64,000 nt of DNA from an uncultured Candidatus Binatia bacterium. Lineage in GTDB: Bacteria > Desulfobacterota > Binatia > UBA9968 > JAJDTQ01. The notes beneath the pieces are model-generated. The model made no database searches and was not told the DNA's origin. It saw only the letters and a list, made by a program, of their open reading frames with translations. Each line of letters starts with the position of its first letter. Positions within the stretch are counted from its first letter, which is position 1. The stretch covers positions 2,496,001 to 2,560,000 of the forward strand of contig OZ251459.1 in assembly GCA_965242525.1 (NCBI GenBank). The letters are read 5' to 3'. This document shows positions 61,090 through 64,000 of the stretch, piece by piece. The translations under genes and the position numbers were made by a program.

Positions 61090-64000
61090 CTACCAGCGCC
61101 AGCGGGTGTAGAGCGTGAGGCTGTTGGTCCTGCCGCCGCCGGCCCGTGTCTCGTGTTGGCCTTCCAGGTCCATGGCCATGGCCTTCCCCAACTTCATCCG
61201 GCTGCCCAGACGGTAGCCTCGGCGCCCCGGTCCGCTGATGGACACGCCGCCGTAGGGGGTCAGCAGGCCCGCGCCTTGGTGGGTCACCACTCCATAGCCC
61301 ACGTCCAGGTCCAGGCGTTGCGCCGATAGCCCCCGCGCCGCGTCCTCGGGGTCCACGCCGGCCCGCAACCCCGACGCGCCGCGCCACATCTCCTCCAGTC
61401 GGCTCCCCTGCGCGCCCCACACCGGCGCCATGGTGAACCACAGCCCTCCGCCGAACTCTCCCGGGTCCAGCCGCAGGGTCACGCTCGCGCCCCATTCGTC
61501 GAAGGACGACTCCTCGTGGAGCAGCAGGTACCGGCCCCGGGCCTCGACACTCAAGCCCAACTCCGTGTCCGCGAACTCCAGGCCGCCACCCAACTCCGCG
61601 CCCAGGCCCGTCTCCGCATCGCCGCGGTCCCACCGCCCACCGATCTCCAGGAACGGCGTCACCTGCGAGACCTCCGAGACCGGCCACTCGGTCCGTCCTT
61701 CCAGCATCAGCCGCATCCGTTGGGCATCGCCCGAGGCCTTCGGCAGCCCCTGTGCGGCGCCGACCTCCAGTCCGGTCAGGAAGGCGTCGGCCTTCATCGC
61801 CAGGTCGATCTTCCGCCAGGTGAACAACTCCTGCCGGGCGCCCACCGAGGCCAACAGCATCTCCAGGTCGGAATCCGCCTTCCCGGCCTCGTCCTCCAGG
61901 TCGGTATCGCCCCAGCCCGCGCCCAGCAGACCCCACACGCCCAAGCCGGAACGCGGGGTCCAGTGCACGTAGGGCAGCACGCTGGTCAGGCCCACGTCCA
62001 CCTTGCCCCTGGTCACTCCGGTGGTCTCGTAGTCCACGTCGCCCCAGCTTTGGGCCAGCGCCATGCCCAGCAACACGTCCCGGCGCATGCGGTAGTCGAG
62101 GCCCACGTAGCCGGTGAACACGTCGCCGTCCATGGTGAAGCCGTCCACCGGCCGACCGCCGAACCCGTTGGCCGTGCCCCGGCCCCACAACGTCCAGCCC
62201 GTGGTCCGGCCGCCCCGGGACTCCCGGTCGCTCAACGGCAGCTCGAACCGGCTCCCGGCCAGTATCCCCGCCGCGGACACCTGCCGCCGGCGCCACGTCC
62301 GTCCGTCCGTCCCGGCCCACGGGCCGGCCGCGGCATCGAAGTCGCGCCAGACCGCGGAAACTCGCATGGCCGCAGGGTCGTCCCACGCGCCGTTGCCTGC
62401 CGCGGACGAGTGGACCTCCACGCCCAGGACCCGCGCCATGCCGAAGACCATGTCCGCGGCGCCGTCGCGCCCCCCGGGGTCCAGCCGCAGCCGCTGCCCG
62501 CCCACGACCGCCTGCGCTTCCGAAGGCGCACCCGTGAACCGCCCGCCGATGACGTCCACCGCGTCCGTCGCCAGCGTGCGGCCCACTCCCGCCAGCACCA
62601 TGTGCAGCGCCCGATGGCGCGCGCCCTCCGTGTCGTCGTCCGTGATCGTCACCGTTCCCGAAGCCGCCTGCGGGTCCGGCTCGGCGTTGGTGGCCTCCGT
62701 CAGCCGCACCCGGAACGTCTCCGGGGGCTCCACCCGCAGGTCGTCCAGGGTCTCCACCCGCAACGTCTTCTCCCGGTCGCCCGGCCGGAACGTCAGGCGC
62801 CCGTCCGCAGCGCGGTAGTCCTCCCCCGCCTCGGCCGTACCGTCCTCCGTGGCCCACCTCACCGTCACCAGGACTTCGGAGGGCTCGTCCAGCACCACCC
62901 GCAGCTCCGCAACTTCGCCTTCCACCGCGGTAGCGGCCCCTGCGGCCCCTATGGTCGAGGCCCTCGTGACCGACGCGATGGCCTTGCGGTAGGGCGTGCC
63001 GGTAACCTCGGCGTATTCGTCGCCGTGGCCGTTGGCGAACATGGGGGTGACGCGCACGGTGTACATGACGCCGGGGTCGAGGTCCTCGATGGTGTAGGTG
63101 ACCCGGTTGGCGTCGGCGTAGGGGGTAGCCCGGACCGAGGAGATGGAACGCAGGGCGCTGGCGCGGTCGTCTTCGACGGAGATGCAGGTCCGCCCTTCGG
63201 GGACGCATCTGTCTTCCCGGTTCGGGTCGCCGCCGTACTCCTGTGCGTCGGACCTCCACTCTACGCGGTAACCGGTCGCGTCGGGGACCCTCAGCCACGA
63301 TACGTCCAGGCTCCCCGCTCCCGGCGTCACGGACGCGGTGATCTGGTCCAGCGGCGCGCCGGTGGCCTCGGCAGAGGGGGCGCCTTCGTAGAAGATCCCG
63401 AAGTCCGGCTTGACCCGCACGGTGTACGCGACGCCGGGGGTGAGGCCGGGGATCGTGTAGCTCCTCGTGTTCACGCCGCTCACCACGCGGTGCCGGTCCA
63501 TGCCGGGGACATCGGAGTAGTCCGACGCAGCCCTGTAGGTCACGGTGTCGCTCCAGTGTTGCGCGCCGGACCTCCACTGCACCTTGTAGCCCTGGGGTTT
63601 GGTGCGCGTCTTCGGGTTCTCGGCGTCCGGCAGGGGGTCCCAGGCGACCGTCAGTTGTCCCGGCCCGGGCGTTACCCTCACGTTCTGCACCTGCCATTGC
63701 CGCGCCTGCTCCACGTCTCCTCCCCACACCGTGACGCCCCTTCCTCGAAGGGTCGCGATATGGCCGGCGGCGTCGGCGTTCAGGGCCGTAAGGTCGTCCA
63801 GCGAGACGTAGTCCCCGGAACCCAATCCCGAGTTGAGGACCAGCGGCGAGATGTCTTCGACGCCGGTCGCGTCGAGATCGAAATAGTAGATGCTGGTCAG
63901 GCCGCTCAACGGCGAGATGTCGCGGAGTCCATGGTTTTCCTGGAGTGTCAGGCGGGTCAGGGACGTCATCCCCCGGAGCGGCTCGATGTTCGTGATCCGG
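61090..64000 (-). CDS. Large surface protein: leucine-rich repeats, 2 fibronectin III domains, Calx-beta domain, autotransporter-like barrel (5' partial)
   Basis: DISPLSGLTS repeats, LTVAW..YKVQW..GLTPGVAYTVRV, TEDGTAEAGEDY..TITDDD, C-terminal W; frame stays open past 64000. Confidence 0.85.
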   Translation of the reverse strand, partial: RITNIEPLRGMTSLTRLTLQENHGLRDISPLSGLTSIYYFDLDATGVEDISPLVLNSGLGSGDYVSLDDLTALNADAAGHIATLRGRGVTVWGGDVEQARQWQVQNVRVTPGPGQLTVAWDPLPDAENPKTRTKPQGYKVQWRSGAQHWSDTVTYRAASDYSDVPGMDRHRVVSGVNTRSYTIPGLTPGVAYTVRVKPDFGIFYEGAPSAEATGAPLDQITASVTPGAGSLDVSWLRVPDATGYRVEWRSDAQEYGGDPNREDRCVPEGRTCISVEDDRASALRSISSVRATPYADANRVTYTIEDLDPGVMYTVRVTPMFANGHGDEYAEVTGTPYRKAIASVTRASTIGAAGAATAVEGEVAELRVVLDEPSEVLVTVRWATEDGTAEAGEDYRAADGRLTFRPGDREKTLRVETLDDLRVEPPETFRVRLTEATNAEPDPQAASGTVTITDDDTEGARHRALHMVLAGVGRTLATDAVDVIGGRFTGAPSEAQAVVGGQRLRLDPGGRDGAADMVFGMARVLGVEVHSSAAGNGAWDDPAAMRVSAVWRDFDAAAGPWAGTDGRTWRRRQVSAAGILAGSRFELPLSDRESRGGRTTGWTLWGRGTANGFGGRPVDGFTMDGDVFTGYVGLDYRMRRDVLLGMALAQSWGDVDYETTGVTRGKVDVGLTSVLPYVHWTPRSGLGVWGLLGAGWGDTDLEDEAGKADSDLEMLLASVGARQELFTWRKIDLAMKADAFLTGLEVGAAQGLPKASGDAQRMRLMLEGRTEWPVSEVSQVTPFLEIGGRWDRGDAETGLGAELGGGLEFADTELGLSVEARGRYLLLHEESSFDEWGASVTLRLDPGEFGGGLWFTMAPVWGAQGSRLEEMWRGASGLRAGVDPEDAARGLSAQRLDLDVGYGVVTHQGAGLLTPYGGVSISGPGRRGYRLGSRMKLGKAMAMDLEGQHETRAGGGRTNSLTLYTRWRW

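Overview
GC-rich bacterial chromosomal window; gene content suggests a deltaproteobacterial/Binatia-like, possibly sponge-associated organism (inference only). Housekeeping blocks are ddl-ftsQAZ, mtnA-gshA, panBC-smpB-tmRNA, two cysteine desulfurases with iscA, and mfd-surA-pdxA-uvrA. Accessory blocks include an orphan N6-adenine methyltransferase, a YadA-type adhesin, and a divergent XRE-ImmA regulator / double-AAA ATPase / GIY-YIG module with a clear operator. There are also a TbpB-like lipoprotein, a UbiD/CoA catabolic cluster, a type III R-M operon with an AT-rich gene between mod and res followed by a DUF262-HEPN pair, two tripartite tricarboxylate transporters, and a large LRR-FN3-Calx-beta surface protein. 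Intergenic space carries two CGTC-tagged REP families and two MITE-like families. Three REP copies carry a decayed C-terminus of a small GIY-YIG nuclease, and repeats have been recruited into, or have truncated, protein-coding genes. All assignments come from motif reading; no database searches were run.
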